From contig OX597838.1 in assembly GCA_951406725.2 (NCBI GenBank), positions 2,914,001 to 2,978,000 of the forward strand: a stretch of DNA of 64,000 nt, in the 5' to 3' direction. This stretch comes from Octopus vulgaris (lineage: Eukaryota). Below, in pieces: positions 1 to 13,650 of this stretch. The notes beneath the pieces are model-generated. The model searched no databases. It was not told where the DNA came from and saw only the letters and a list, made by a program, of their open reading frames with translations. Within the stretch, counting starts at the first letter, position 1. Each line of letters begins with the position of its first letter. The position numbers and the translations under genes were made by a program.

Positions 1-36
<36 letters not shown>

Positions 37-150
37 CACATATATATACACATATATATACACATATATATACACATATATATACAGTGAGATAGATTTG
101 CATATATGTGCGTGTACATATATATAGATATATACATCATTTAGCTTGTG

Positions 151-420
151 CTTGTTTCAGTCATTAGACTGTGGCCATGCTGGGGCACTACCTTGAAGAA
201 TTTTAGTTGCATAAATCGACCCAAGTACTTATTTTGCTAAGCCTAGCATTTGTTCTATCGGTCTGTTTTGCCGAAGAGCTAAGTTACGGGAATGTAAACA
301 CACCAACACTGGTTGTCAAGCGGTGGTGGAAAACAGACACAAGGACACATACAAATATATATATATGCACACACATGACGGGCTTCTTCTCAAATACGCT
401 TACAAGGACCTGGATGGCCC
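151..420 (-). mobile_element. SINE family A, diverged partial copy
   Basis: Reverse complement of the family A 3' half (cttgtttcagtcattagactgtggccatgc...ggttgtcaagcg...gacgggcttct); compare 2082-2490. Confidence 0.85.
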
Positions 421-480
421 AACGTTATATTAGAAGGTATTTTCCCATATATGCCCAAATATATATATATATCTATAATG

Positions 481-749
481 GGGCAGGCGTGGGTATGTGG
501 TTAGAAGCTTGCTTCCCAACCACATGGCTCTGGGTTCAGCTCCACTGCTTTGCACCTTGGGCATGTCTTCTTCTGTTTTTGTCTCCTACCACCGCTTGAC
601 AATCGTATTGGTTTGTTTACGTTCCCGTAAATTAGCGGTTCGGCAAGTAGTGTCCGATAGAATAAGTACCAGGTTTAACAGGGGTCGATATATTCTGCTA
701 TAAAAGTTCTGCAAGGCAGTGCCCCAGCGTGGCCGTAGTCTAACGACCG

Positions 750-752
<3 letters not shown>
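481..752 (+). mobile_element. SINE family A, diverged copy with internal deletion
   Basis: Head gtggttagaagcttgcttcccaaccacatgg...cttgggca joined directly to 3' half gcttgacaatcg...gatagaataagtacc...ggggtcgat...ggccgtagtc. Confidence 0.85.
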
Positions 753-783
<31 letters not shown>

Positions 784-1655
784 GTGTGTGTATGTGTGCA
801 ATTAAATAAACACACACACGCACACATATACTGCATCCAACCATGCCTACACAAGACTACTCAATCCGCCATATCTTCCTCCAAGCTTTGACCTCGTTCT
901 GAATGTAAGAATTCCTCTCATAAATACTTCCCAACGCTTGGAGTTCAAGTAGGCGGTCTCGGTCCCCAGGCGAATCGAGTTCGATATTTGTTAACGGCAA
1001 ACAAGATATTTTTTTGTTTATTTGTTTGTTTTTATGGAAAATGATCAACGAAATAAATACCAACAACGTCCTCGTACGAAGCTGATACAAGTCTATTACT
1101 TGTATTAATTAACTGTATATTGATTTTAAAGTAATCAACACGAGAAACGATACAAAAGTATAGAGAAATCAGAGTTTAAAATGGTGGTTTTTTTTTTCAC
1201 CTGTTATTTGGGTTAAGAACGGTGGCAATTACGGAAGATAAAGAGGAGGAATGTCACGAGTGAATTACTGGTATAGATGACATTAATCCTTGACTGGAAT
1301 AAAACCTTAAAAGGGAAAGTTCCAATGGGATTCGAATTTGGTTGTGGAAATCCTTCGTAATTTTGTTATCAATATTTTTTTATTATTATTCTTTAGAGTA
1401 AATCCCAAAAATAGGGTTTGAAGTTAGTCCTTGGGTGGATAGGTGGGACTAAAACATCACAAGAACTTTCAGTAAGGTCGTTAAAGTTCTATAAGAGAGA
1501 TTAATAGAACCGAAACATGCGCACACACGGACACACATACACATGCCTCCACAAACATAAACACACACACATATATAGCAAGACAAGAAATATGTAGTGG
1601 CGGATATTTGACTATTTATAAATTTTATGTATGATTAGTCTTTCCTTGTTTGTTA

Positions 1656-1709
<54 letters not shown>

Positions 1710-2009
1710 ACACATACACATGTATACAGACACATTCTCACATATATGTACGTACATACGTATATATACACACACACATATACATATGCACATATACGTG
1801 CATACATATACACACACACAAACGCATGCACACACGCACGCAAAGTAGGTCAGATGGCAAAGTCGTTAAAGCATTGCGAATTTTGCTGAGGTAGTCATGA
1901 TACCAGTTTCAAATTGCAGCGAGGTCAGTTATACACTTCATCTTTTCGATGTCAATAAACATAACACTGACACAGCCACACACACACACTCTCTCTCTCT
2001 CTCTCTCTG

Positions 2010-2046
<37 letters not shown>

Positions 2047-2081
2047 CACACACACACACACACACACACACACGTATATAT

Positions 2082-2490
2082 AGGAGTGGCTGTGGGTTAA
2101 GTAGCTTGCTAACCAACCACATTGTTCTGGGTTCAGTCCCACTGCGTGGCATCTTGGGCAAGTGTCTTCTGCTATAGCCCCGGGCCGACCAATGCTTTGT
2201 GAGTGGATTTGGTAGACGGAAACTGAAAGAAGTCTCTCGTATATATGTATATATATATATATGTGTATGTGTGTGTGTTTGTGTGTCTGTGTTTGTCACC
2301 CTAGCATTGCTTGACAACCGATGCTGGTGTGTTTACGTCCCCGTCACTTAGCGGTTCGGCAAAAGAGACCGATAGAATAAGTACTGGGCTTACAAAGAAT
2401 AAGTCCCGGAGTCGATTTGCTCGACTAAAGGCGGTGCTCCAGCATGGCCGCAGTCAAATGACTGAAACAAGTAAAAAAAGTAAAAGAGTA
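2082..2490 (+). mobile_element. SINE family A (tRNA-derived, internal TA/TG microsatellite), near full-length young copy
   Basis: aggagtggctgtg head, B-box-like ggttcagtccc, cttgggcaagtgtctt, internal microsatellite, tail gactgaaacaagtaaaa; nearly identical to 25671, 32709, 42990, 62327. Confidence 0.95.
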
Positions 2491-2498
2491 AAAAAAGA

Positions 2499-2566
<68 letters not shown>

Positions 2567-2589
2567 GTCCTTGAATATGTATACATGAT

Positions 2590-3050
2590 GGATTCTGTCG
2601 TCGTGAACGGCAAATGAGGGTTCGGTAAAATAAATTGGTAATTATGTTCTTTAGATGCAAACGTGTCTCTTGAGGTCTGCTGGTTCCTCACAAACTTTTT
2701 GGCAAATGGAACAAGCTGAGGACTCACTTTGTTCGAGTGCTCGTGGATCATTTTACTGTTTCCTTGAGTGGACGGCAAGGCCTGCCTTGCTTCGTGCCAC
2801 AAAGCCACAACGACAAGGTTTCCGTTTAAACCTTGTGTGTGTGTGTGGTGACGTATCTTGCTGTGTGTGCAATAAGATCTTCAGGAGTAAATAATCTGCT
2901 TTGACTAAGTACCTGAAATATCACAATACCAATTTGCAGCAGTCTTTACCACGAGATCAAATGTTTTCACGTGGTTTGCGTGAAAAACTGTGAATCTTTC
3001 GCTAGACTAAAGACTCATTTCCGGCCACATAGACACATTAGCGTCTCTAG
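2590..3050 (+). mobile_element. Decayed RTE-type LINE 3' end with two C2H2-like fingers
   Basis: Interrupted translations CCVCNKIFRSK*SALTKYLKYH (about 2860-2925) and CFHVVCVKNCESFARLKTHFRPH (about 2960-3030) resemble zinc fingers at the C-terminus of some RTE ORFs. Confidence 0.5.
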
Positions 3051-3220
3051 CCATCTTCTAGGATCTTTAAACTCTAAATATTTAACTCCATATTAGCTGC
3101 CAGTTTGTATGTTGTTCATTTTTTACTAGTTTAGTGTCTCTGTATCTGTACTTTGTCAGTGCAGTGGTGTTGAGAGAAGTCATACGAGGTTAGTCAGTCG
3201 ATAGCCATTATCATATATAC

Positions 3221-3251
<31 letters not shown>

Positions 3252-3314
3252 TGTATGTATGTATGTATGTATGAGTGTGTGTCTGCGTGTATGTGTGTGT
3301 GTGTGTGTGTATAC

Positions 3315-3376
3315 ATAAGTACCAGTAATTTCTAGAATAGAGGACTTCCTCTATTCTAGAAATTACTGGTACTTAT
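3315..3376. repeat. Perfect 30-bp inverted repeat with 2-nt loop
   Basis: ataagtaccagtaatttctagaatagagga-ct-tcctctattctagaaattactggtacttat. Confidence 0.97.
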
Positions 3377-3520
3377 ATATGTAAAACATAATCTTTACAT
3401 TTGTATATATATTCTCATAATTGTTTAAAATAAATAGACATAACAATTTTAAGGATTTATGATATAATGTCTAACAAGTGATGCATACTACGTCTAGATC
3501 CCCTCCATTTTCTTCTTGCC

Positions 3521-3563
<43 letters not shown>

Positions 3564-3651
3564 GGTCCCGGGTTGATTCGGGGTTAACCACAGTAAATAA
3601 GGTACTCAATACATAGCAGAGTAAAATTAATTTATTATATATATATATATA

Positions 3652-3882
3652 TTTAACATTGTCCCGAAAGAGATCAAAGAGGAAAAGGATCCCATCAACT
3701 TTAAACGGAGTCTGGATAGATTCCTTCAAGGAATACCAGATAAACCACCCAACAAAAACTCACTACTTGAATGGACCATAAACAAAACTTGACTTAAACA
3801 GGATTCAAATAATCCTATCAGGTGGTGCTATTAAGTTAGACATGGCCTGGACCAATCTTTGGTCGAAACATATCTAAGTTTA
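3652..3882 (+). mobile_element. CR1/L2-like LINE 3' terminal fragment
   Basis: Translates FNIVPKEIKEEKDPINFKRSLDRFLQGIPDKPPNKNSLLEW (the FKxxLDxFLxxIPD ORF2 end); 3' tail gttagacatggcctgg...cgaaac recurs at 38297. Confidence 0.75.
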
Positions 3883-3953
3883 TATCAGTCACCATGATAG
3901 ATCGCTAGCCACTACACATTCTTCATTTTCTCTCCTTGTTTCTTTCTGTGTTC

Positions 3954-3989
3954 CTTTCTGTGGAAGAGCGGAGGCTCGAAACGTTAAAG
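3954..3989 (+). ncRNA. Variant minimal hammerhead-like motif
   Basis: CTTT-CTGTGGAA-GAGC(GGAG)GCTC-GAAA-CG-TT-AAAG; stems I and II pair, core deviates from CUGANGA. Confidence 0.5.
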
Positions 3990-4078
3990 ACTTTTTCAAT
4001 TCCTGAGCGTCATACTAATACATCAGTTTGTTTTCTACACCACCCATCTTCGTCTTTTGTTTTTCTCTTGAATTCTCC

Positions 4079-4141
<63 letters not shown>

Positions 4142-4155
4142 CATACATACATACA

Positions 4156-4189
<34 letters not shown>

Positions 4190-4558
4190 CATACATACAT
4201 TCATATATGTATATGTGTGTGTGTGTGTATAGTCGATATGAAATAGAGAATCTGTGGCACAGTATTATATATTTGAGAAAAAAATTATTACAAATATCTT
4301 TTCTGAAAATTTTTTTGTCTTTAGTTAGATGGATATAAATTATTTAATATATGCACACACACATAGACACACCCACTCATATATATGTATACATACATAT
4401 ATATACATATACATACATATGTTTATATGTGTGTATACACACACACACACACACGCATATTATGTAGATAGGAATGAACTCTAAGCTGTGTCCTCTTGAA
4501 GTACATCTGCTTGTTTCGGCATTCAAAATCCCGTATGTAAATGTAATATTTGTTTGAG

Positions 4559-4602
<44 letters not shown>

Positions 4603-4789
4603 AATAAAATGAGACAACACAGTCTTGGCATTGTTGTCTCATTTTATCTAATATATACCTGCTCATACAAGACCCACGTTAAACACCTCACTCGTATCAT
4701 TATCGAACCGAGAGTCTAACTACGGTCCTTCCATAGCACTTACATAGCGTTACCTGCAGACTTGGGTCTTCTGGATACCAATACCTCTC

Positions 4790-4879
<90 letters not shown>

Positions 4880-4973
4880 TAATCCAAACAAGAAAACAAA
4901 TAAACACAACAACGCAAGGACGTAGAACAAATAAAGTATTATTGGACGCTCAGGAAAGAAGGGAAGAAGGAGG

Positions 4974-5008
4974 GTTTAACGTTTCGAGCGGAGCTCTTCG
5001 TCGGAAAC
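4974..5008 (-). ncRNA. Variant minimal hammerhead-like motif
   Basis: Minus strand GTTT-CCGACGA-A-GAGC(TCC)GCTC-GAAA-CG-TT-AAAC. Confidence 0.6.
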
Positions 5009-5017
5009 ATAGGAGAA

Positions 5018-5055
<38 letters not shown>

Positions 5056-5274
5056 GGAGAGACAGACAGACAGACAGAGACAGTAAAAGAGAAAGGGAGA
5101 GAGAGAGAGTTGTATAGAGTTATGCATAAAACCTTTGTACATTCACTGGGTGTGTTTTTGCAGATTATAAATTTTTTTTTGTATGAGAAAAATATTTCGA
5201 AATTTCGCTATTTTCTGGACATCCTGAGTCTGAGGAGACCGGAAGGAAGTGAGACTTCTGAGTCACTATCAAAG

Positions 5275-5334
<60 letters not shown>

Positions 5335-5930
5335 GTATATATGAGTGTTTGTACACACACGTATACTCAAATACATACAAAGAGAAACATAGATATATAC
5401 ACATACATGTATATACATCTATACACATACAGTTATGTTTGTGAGTGTGGCGGGGGCGTTGCTTATCGGACAGGATTTTGATAATGAGAGTGAGGTGAAG
5501 GGATTTTTCACACACACACACATACACACACGCACAAACATGCACACACGCACACATACACACACTCAGGCACACACACATGCTCTCACAAACATACACT
5601 TACGAACACATACACACGGACACACTCCCATAAACTCACAAACATGCACACACACACACACACATACACGCACAGGGACACACACACACATTCACACACA
5701 CATACACGCACAGGGACACACACACACATTCACACACACACACACTCACTGACATACACATACGCACACATACACACAGACACACAAGCCCGCGCGCACT
5801 CTGGCATATATGCAGGTGTGTATTACTGGTATCATTATGTTAATGAGAGCTATGTGTTGACTTTTGTTGCATTTTATTTTTATTAGAGTGCGAGAATGCG
5901 AAAGAGAAAGGAAAAGACATACAGAAAGAC

Positions 5931-5969
<39 letters not shown>

Positions 5970-6324
5970 AGAGACAAATCGGTAGACAGGCAGGCAGACA
6001 GACAGGCAAACAGGCAGGCAGACAGACAGGCAGTCAGACTGAGAGACAGAAAAGAAGAAAAAGCGAGACTGGATTGCGTTGCAGTTGGTCGTGGGAACTT
6101 CATCAGAGTTTAATGTTTGCTAATCCCATAACCCAAAAACTAGAAATTTATAATGAGGCCTGGGTGAGATGATTACATCGACCCCCAGAATTTGACTGGT
6201 ATTTTATAGATCTTAAATTGGATAAAAGATAAAGGTTGGCTTCCATAGGATTTGAACTCAAAGCGTAAAAGGTCGGAGCAAATATCCCAATTATTTTTCC
6301 CGACACCGAGCTTTTTTTCACAAT

Positions 6325-6537
6325 GGCTCCAAATTTTGTCACAAGGCCAGCAATTTCGGGGGAGACGCAAGCCAATCGGATCGACCCCAGTATTCAACTG
6401 GTACTGATTTTATCGATCCCGAAAGAATGAAAGGCAAAGTCGATATCGGCGGCATTTGAACTCAGAACGTAAAAATGAACGCAATACCGCCAAGCATTTC
6501 GCCCCGCATGCTAACGATTCGGCCAGCTCTCCGCCTT
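6325..6537 (-). mobile_element. SINE family B
   Basis: Reverse complement of ggcggagagctggccgaatcgttagc...ctgagttcaaat...gactttgcctttcattctttcgggatcgataaa...gtaccag. Confidence 0.9.
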
Positions 6538-6832
6538 CCGCGCTTTCTTGATAATGGTCTCTGATTTGGGGTTCGAGGCCAGAAATCTCAGAGTTGAAAG
6601 TTAGTCAACACCATCAACCGCCCTTCCCCCGCCCCCTGCCCCATTTATCCCAGGGCATAACTGGTATTTTATTTTCATCAAACCTGGAAGGATAAAAAGC
6701 AACGTTGACTTTGGTGAGATTGCCACTCACAATAACAAAGTCTCTCCGACGCTTTAACGATTTCACCGAGCGATAATGTGATGTATTGATGATGTATATA
6801 GTAAACTTTAAAAGCTTTATATACATACATAA

Positions 6833-7017
6833 AGGTGGCGAGCTGGCAGAATCGTTAGCACAGCAGGCGAAATGCTGAGTTCTGAGTTCAAATTCCGACT
6901 TTGCCTTTCATCCTTTCGGGGTTGATAAATTAAGTATCAGATGAGTACTGGGGTCGATCTAATCGACTGGCCCCGCTCCCACCAAATTTCAGGCCTTGTA
7001 CCCTGCGTAGAAAGGAT
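6833..7017 (+). mobile_element. SINE family B (internal deletions)
   Basis: ggtggcgagctggcagaatcgttagc...gcctttcatcctttcggggttgataaattaagta...ggggtcgatctaatcgact. Confidence 0.9.
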
Positions 7018-7090
7018 TACATACAGACAGACAGGCAGAGACAGAATGAATACGCAGAAGGAAATACAGACGTGTAGATTCATACACACG

Positions 7091-7126
<36 letters not shown>

Positions 7127-7144
7127 TATGTATATGTATGTGTG

Positions 7145-7190
<46 letters not shown>

Positions 7191-7483
7191 AAGAGACTAG
7201 GAGCTGTCTTTTTTTCAGCGGCAGCTGACGAGGTAAATACCCACAGAAGCATCTCGATGTCCCAAATGGTAACATGTGGCTAATATTCCTTCATGTGGTA
7301 TATTTGAAGTCAATTCCTCATTGTTTAAATCACATGGTTATAAAGTCATAGGTCCGAGTTGTTGAGCACTCTCTGCTATGAGTACATTACTTTCATGAAT
7401 CGAAATTATATTGTACAGGCTTATGTGCGTCCACACACACACACACACACACAGATCCATGAATATAAGTATATTGGTTCCGA

Positions 7484-7678
7484 AGTGGCTGTGATAAGAA
7501 GTTTGCTTCCCAACCACAGGGTTCCGGGTTCAGTCCCACTGCGTGGTACCTTTGCCAAGTGCCTTCTAGTTTGGCCTTGGGCTGACCAATGACTTATAAT
7601 TGGATTTGGTGGATGGAAACTGAAAGAAGCCCGTCGCATATATATCTATATAGACAGATAGCTAGTTAGCTAGCTAGG

Positions 7679-7761
<83 letters not shown>

Positions 7762-8387
7762 GTTTCTTTATTGGCCACACAGGGCTGCACACAGATGGGA
7801 CAAGTTACAAGGTAGAGCTTTTCTTTTGGGGGATGAAGAGAACAAAAAACAAAAGAAAAAAAGGGGTGGCGTAGGTTTTCGATCAAGGGGGATCGTAAAA
7901 GGGAAGAAAAGAACAAAAACAAAAAAAAATTGAATAAAATAAAAGGAATAAAAAGAAAAAAAGGAAAGGAAAAGGAACAAAAGGAAAGAGAAATGAAAAA
8001 AGAAGAAAAAAGGGGGAAAAAAAGGGGAAGAGGAAAAAAAAAAGAACGATCAATAGGGATCGTGTATCACAGTGTTATGATATATGGTGTAAAGGGGAAA
8101 GCAAGTAAGGTTTATCCGTGGGAAGAAAAGCCTACGAAAAAGACCACGGTAACCTTGGTCAATATTGTTATATGTTACCACATTTGTTTGCAAGTGGGTA
8201 ACCCTCTGTTTTCAATTTCTGGGTTCATAGGATTATGCTCAAGGTGGCTTCGTCATTCATACGTGCCATCCTTGCTACATTCACCCATCTTTTTTTAAAA
8301 CATTCGCTAGACAAAACTTGCCTCTCTACTCTCACTTTCCTTTTCAAGTGGTACTTGAAGAAGTTGATGAGAGATTGACCAGAGAGG

Positions 8388-8462
<75 letters not shown>

Positions 8463-8702
8463 TAGACAGACAGACAGACATATAGATAGCTAAATATGTG
8501 TGTGTGTGTGTATGTGTTGGCCCACAACCACCGCTTAACAACCGGTCTTGGTGTAATTACGGTTCAGCAGAAGATTGATAGAATGAATACCAGGCTTTAA
8601 GACAAAAAGAGAAATACTGAGGTCGATTTATTCGACTGAAAGTTCTTCAAGGCAATGCCCCAGTATGGCCGCAGTCCAATGACTGGAACAAGTAATAAAA
8701 GA
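7484..8702 (+). mobile_element. SINE family A split by (GATA)n expansion and a nested LINE
   Basis: 5' half 7484-7637 and 3' half about 8497-8702 are collinear and on the same strand. Confidence 0.75.
7761..8387 (-). mobile_element. 5'-truncated Tx1/L1-clade LINE inserted in (GATA)n
   Basis: ORF end LSGQSLINFFKYHLKRKVRVERQVLSSECFKKRWVNVARM, stop at 8225, pyrimidine-rich 3' UTR, AATAAA at 7767-7772, (GATA)n on both sides. Confidence 0.75.
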
Positions 8703-8707
8703 TATAA

Positions 8708-8754
<47 letters not shown>

Positions 8755-9010
8755 CATACATACATATGTGTACGTGTGTGCGTGTGTGTGTGTACGCATA
8801 TATGTATGTGTAAATGTACATGTATATACATATGCATAGGAATGCTGGCGATACGAAGTTCGAATCCAACAGGAAGACTGCTTATTGCTTTTGTAACGTT
8901 TGGGCGGGGTTTGGTGGGGTAAGTGCATATCGAGAGAGAGAGAGAGAGAGAGAGAAAGAGATAGGTGGAGACAGAGAGAGAGAAAAATAATTACGAGCCT
9001 AAGTATGTGT

Positions 9011-9052
<42 letters not shown>

Positions 9053-9109
9053 ATACGTGCATAAATATGGACGCAGACAGCCGCACGTACATACACAACA
9101 GAATATCGA

Positions 9110-9280
9110 TTTCAAATTTTGGCCCAAGGCCAGCAATTTCTGGAGTGAGGATAAATCGATTAAATCGATATCTCTGATCGAATGATCCTTATTTTATCGA
9201 TTCCGAAAGGGATGAAAGGCAAAGTCGACTTCAGCGGGATTTGAACTCTGAACGCAAAGTCGGACGAAATGCTACAAAGC
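9110..9280 (-). mobile_element. SINE family B, partial
   Basis: attttatcgattccgaaagggatgaaaggcaaagtcgac...tttgaactctgaacg. Confidence 0.85.
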
Positions 9281-9371
9281 ATTGATTTTCCGGGGAACAC
9301 AACCAAATATTGACATGCTGAAATGCACGAGAGCGCGCGAGCGCGAGTGTATGTATATGTGTGTCTCTGTC

Positions 9372-9413
<42 letters not shown>

Positions 9414-9679
9414 TGTGTACAAATTTTGGTGTTGATATAGTTAGGTAGAGAGAGAGACAAACATGTATATATACACGATCTATATATATATATATATATA
9501 TATATGCCAGAGTAGGCACATAGATGAAAAACAAGGCGGATAAAATAGTACTCGAATACCAAAGGTAGAGTAATACACTTTATTAATAAACCTGCAAAAT
9601 GTTCACAGAACTGTTACTCAGAGTTTCACGTTCCCTTTCGTCGGACTGTTGTGATGAATACGTGTGTGTATGTGTATAC

Positions 9680-9797
<118 letters not shown>

Positions 9798-10107
9798 CTA
9801 GCAGCAGTACTCCCTTCTACGGTGCTGCATCAAAACCTCGACTAAATTCCATGAAATCGCCCTCCTCCGTATCAACTTGTATCATTTCGGACTGATCATC
9901 TTCAGTTATTCTGCGAATTTTGGTTATCGCGGAATCGCTGCAGCCAAACTATTTCTGTTTGTTTGGAAAGTTAGAGAAAAAGTCGCACAAGCCGTGACCT
10001 TCTCCACGTAAAAATGTCTACCCTGTAGTGAAATTTCAGCTACAGAGGTGCTAACCCTGTGCCCCACACCTGGGAACTAACATACAAACATACAGGTAAT
10101 ATAAAGA
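9798..10107 (-). mobile_element. Non-autonomous Helitron-like element (about 310 bp)
   Basis: Minus strand starts A|TCTTTATAT and ends with hairpin cagcacc...agtactg then CTAG; the 3' flank is G rather than the expected T. Confidence 0.5.
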
Positions 10108-10150
10108 TGACATATGTGTGTGTGTGTGTGTGTGTGTATATATCAAAGGA

Positions 10151-10188
<38 letters not shown>

Positions 10189-11349
10189 ATGTATATGTAT
10201 GTACACACACAAATATGTGTATGTATACATATATGTACTTATACATATATGTATTTATATACATTTATGTGTATGTATATATATATATATATATATATAT
10301 GCATGTGTGTGTGTGTGTCCGTACGTACATATGCTCATACCCTCGCAGACACTCCTTTCGGTGGAGTGGAGGTTCAGTGACCGAGGGTTAAAAAGTTACG
10401 CTGTGATGTGTTGAGAGGCATCGTTAATCGACGTGATGGACACAGCTGGCTGAAGTTGCAGTAAGTAAAGTCTAGGACACTGCTCTGCTGTCGCATATAT
10501 TACTGTCTGTTCAAAGCTTCTGGTTCACTGAACTGGCGTCGGGACAAGACACTAGAAGAGCCCCTGCCCACGGGGAAGCTCTATGTGTTCTCTAGACTTG
10601 ACAGAAATAGCAGTCAAATCACCCTCAGAATTTAGTTTATTGTCTTTTAAAGTGAATAAAAAAAGGCATTTCAAATTGAAAAATCTGGTCTGAGAATAAG
10701 ATATTTTTTGGAAAGGTGAGTTGGTCACAGCTGGAAGGGCTGGGATTATTGGTTAGCTGACCTAGGGTTAAATTACAACAGCATCATCATCGTCATCATC
10801 AGCATGGTCTGTCTACGTTATGTGAATAGTCGCAGGCGTGGTGGTGTGAGAGAAAGGGGGGCTGGAAGAGGAGGAAGAGGAGAGAGAGGGGAAGAGGAGA
10901 GGGAGTAAAAAAGAGGAAGGAGATTGATGAGAAGAAAAAGAAGAAGAGGAGGAGGAGGAGGAAGAAGAAGAAGAAGAAGAAGAAGAAGAAGAAGAAGAAG
11001 AAGAAGAAGAAGAAGGAGAATGAAGAGGACAAAAGAAGAGAGAGCGAAACAAAGAACGAAAGAAACAACAAAAGAAAGAAAGAATGAAAGAAAGAAAGAA
11101 AGAAAGAAAATAGAGAAAAGAAAGGAAAAAGAATGAAAAAAGAAAGAAAGAGAATGAGATTAAGAAGAATAAAAGTGAAAGAGTGGAAGAAATTAAAGAG
11201 TGATGCCTGGTGGTAGAACGTCCGAAGATACTAGAAAATGACGGGATGTGTGTGTGTGTTTGTTACGTAAGTGTCCCAAGATCGAATCCTGACAACTGTA
11301 GTGAAGTAAATATATCAATGAATTATGAATATATCATTTAGAGGAGGGG

Positions 11350-11401
<52 letters not shown>

Positions 11402-11480
11402 TGTATGTGTGTGTGTGTGTGTGTATGTGTGTCTGCGTGTAGCAGCAGTTGCAGCAGCAGCAGCGGCGATAGCAGTAGCA

Positions 11481-11552
<72 letters not shown>

Positions 11553-11829
11553 TGAAGGATGTAGGAGGATTTGGAGGTATCGGTTGTAGGGGTACGAAGG
11601 AACGGCTGGGGCATGAGGGTTTCGAGACGGGGCAGTGAACATTTACATATCTTCTCTCATATTGGAGAGTGCGTCCAATGTGTGTGTGAGAGAGAGAGAG
11701 AGAGAGTGTGTGGGAGAGGGGAGGAGAGAGAGAGAATTGATGTAGATGTGTTTGTAGGTGCTTTCAAATGAATGGACGTGCCTGTGAGTGTATGTGAGAC
11801 AGAGAGGGAGAGAGACATACAGACACATA

Positions 11830-11932
<103 letters not shown>

Positions 11933-12047
11933 CGTGCGTACGTGCGTGCGTGCGTACGTGCGTGCGTGCGACTATGCTACAAATTCTGCCACAGTTCAAT
12001 ACATGATGCAGCTTCGATTCTTCGTTGCAAACCAGTTCCGCTTTCAT

Positions 12048-12113
<66 letters not shown>

Positions 12114-12208
12114 CGTACATTTATACATACATATATCTATATATATATACATACAGATAAATATATATATACATACTTTATTTTCTCTCCCTGTTCCTTT
12201 CTGTGTTC

Positions 12209-12244
12209 CTTTCTGTCGAAGAGCGTAGACTCGAAACGTTAAAG
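12209..12244 (+). ncRNA. Variant minimal hammerhead-like motif, same family as 3954
   Basis: CTTT-CTGTCGAA-GAGC(GTAG)ACTC-GAAA-CG-TT-AAAG inside a ~150-bp island homologous to 3925-4080. Confidence 0.5.
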
Positions 12245-12325
12245 ACTTTTTCACTTCCCGAGCGTTATACTAATACATTTGTTTGTTGTCTACACCACCT
12301 GTCTTCATATATATATGAATTCTCC

Positions 12326-12408
<83 letters not shown>

Positions 12409-12945
12409 ATATAAACACCAATACATACACACACGTGTGTGTGTGTTTGCTTACAGATAGATAGGTATTTGTGTGTATTTATCTATAGATATACATATAA
12501 CGAAAGAAAAGAGTGAGAGAGAGAAAAAGAAAGAGGGAGAGAGACTGACAGATAGACAGACAGACAGACAAATGGATAGATAGGTGTATGTGCTTGTGTA
12601 TGCAAAATACATAGATATGTGTTTATAGCCAGACGGGTGGATATGATGCGCGTACGGGTGTGTGACGGGTAGAGAGAAAAATAGCAACACGCGTGTGCAG
12701 ATATGTGTGGATAGAGAGTAGGCATAGAGGTGTGTGTGAGAGAGGAACAGAGAGAAGGGGGGTAGAGAGAGAGAGAGAGAGAGAGACGAAGAAAGATGCT
12801 GTGATCGACGTTATCCATCCGTTGACGGGACTAGATGTAGTTTTCTCAAAAAGATACAGCTTAGAATTCTCATAGATGCTCTCATATATGTGTGTCTGTG
12901 TGTCTGTGTGTCTGTGTGTAGTTTGTATGCATTCATGTGTATGTA

Positions 12946-13115
12946 AGGCGGTAGATTTCACCCAGCTGTTTTACGTTCTAGGTTCAAATCCCGCCAAGGT
13001 CAACCTCGTCTTTCATCCGTTTCGGGATTGATAAAATAAAGTACCAGTCAAGTACTCGGGTCGATGGTCTCCACTTACACCCTTCCCCTTAAAACTGATC
13101 GCTTCTTGCCTAAAT
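12946..13115 (+). mobile_element. SINE family B, old copy
   Basis: ggttcaaatcccgccaaggtcaac...tttcatccgtttcgggattgataaaataaagtaccag. Confidence 0.75.
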
Positions 13116-13217
13116 TACGAACGATATCACTTATGCATACAACTGTGCGTCTCAAAAAACTAACTCATCTATCCATCTATCTATCCATCTATCTATCTAT
13201 CTATCTATCTATCCATA

Positions 13218-13251
<34 letters not shown>

Positions 13252-13296
13252 CCTACCTGTCTGTATATTTATCTATCTATGTAGATAGATAGATAA

Positions 13297-13380
<84 letters not shown>

Positions 13381-13589
13381 GGAGAAATAAGGAGAGAGTT
13401 AAAAGCGATATATGTATGTATGTATGTATATGTGCGTATGTAAGCATGTGTGTATATGTATATATGTGTCTATGTATGTAAAGTACGTGTGTGTAGGCTT
13501 GTATATCTATATGTATATACGCGTATGTTTGATAAATACACACACAAATACACACATAAAGAGCGTGTGTATATAAGTGCGTCAACGCA

Positions 13590-13650
<61 letters not shown>

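Noticed and set aside
857-1090. 77-aa ORF with a complex C-terminal half
   Set aside because: No recognisable motif or convincing splice sites
1480-1520. Hammerhead remnant (GTTCTAT/ATAGAAC-CGAAACATG)
   Set aside because: No recognisable CUGANGA half or cleavage triplet
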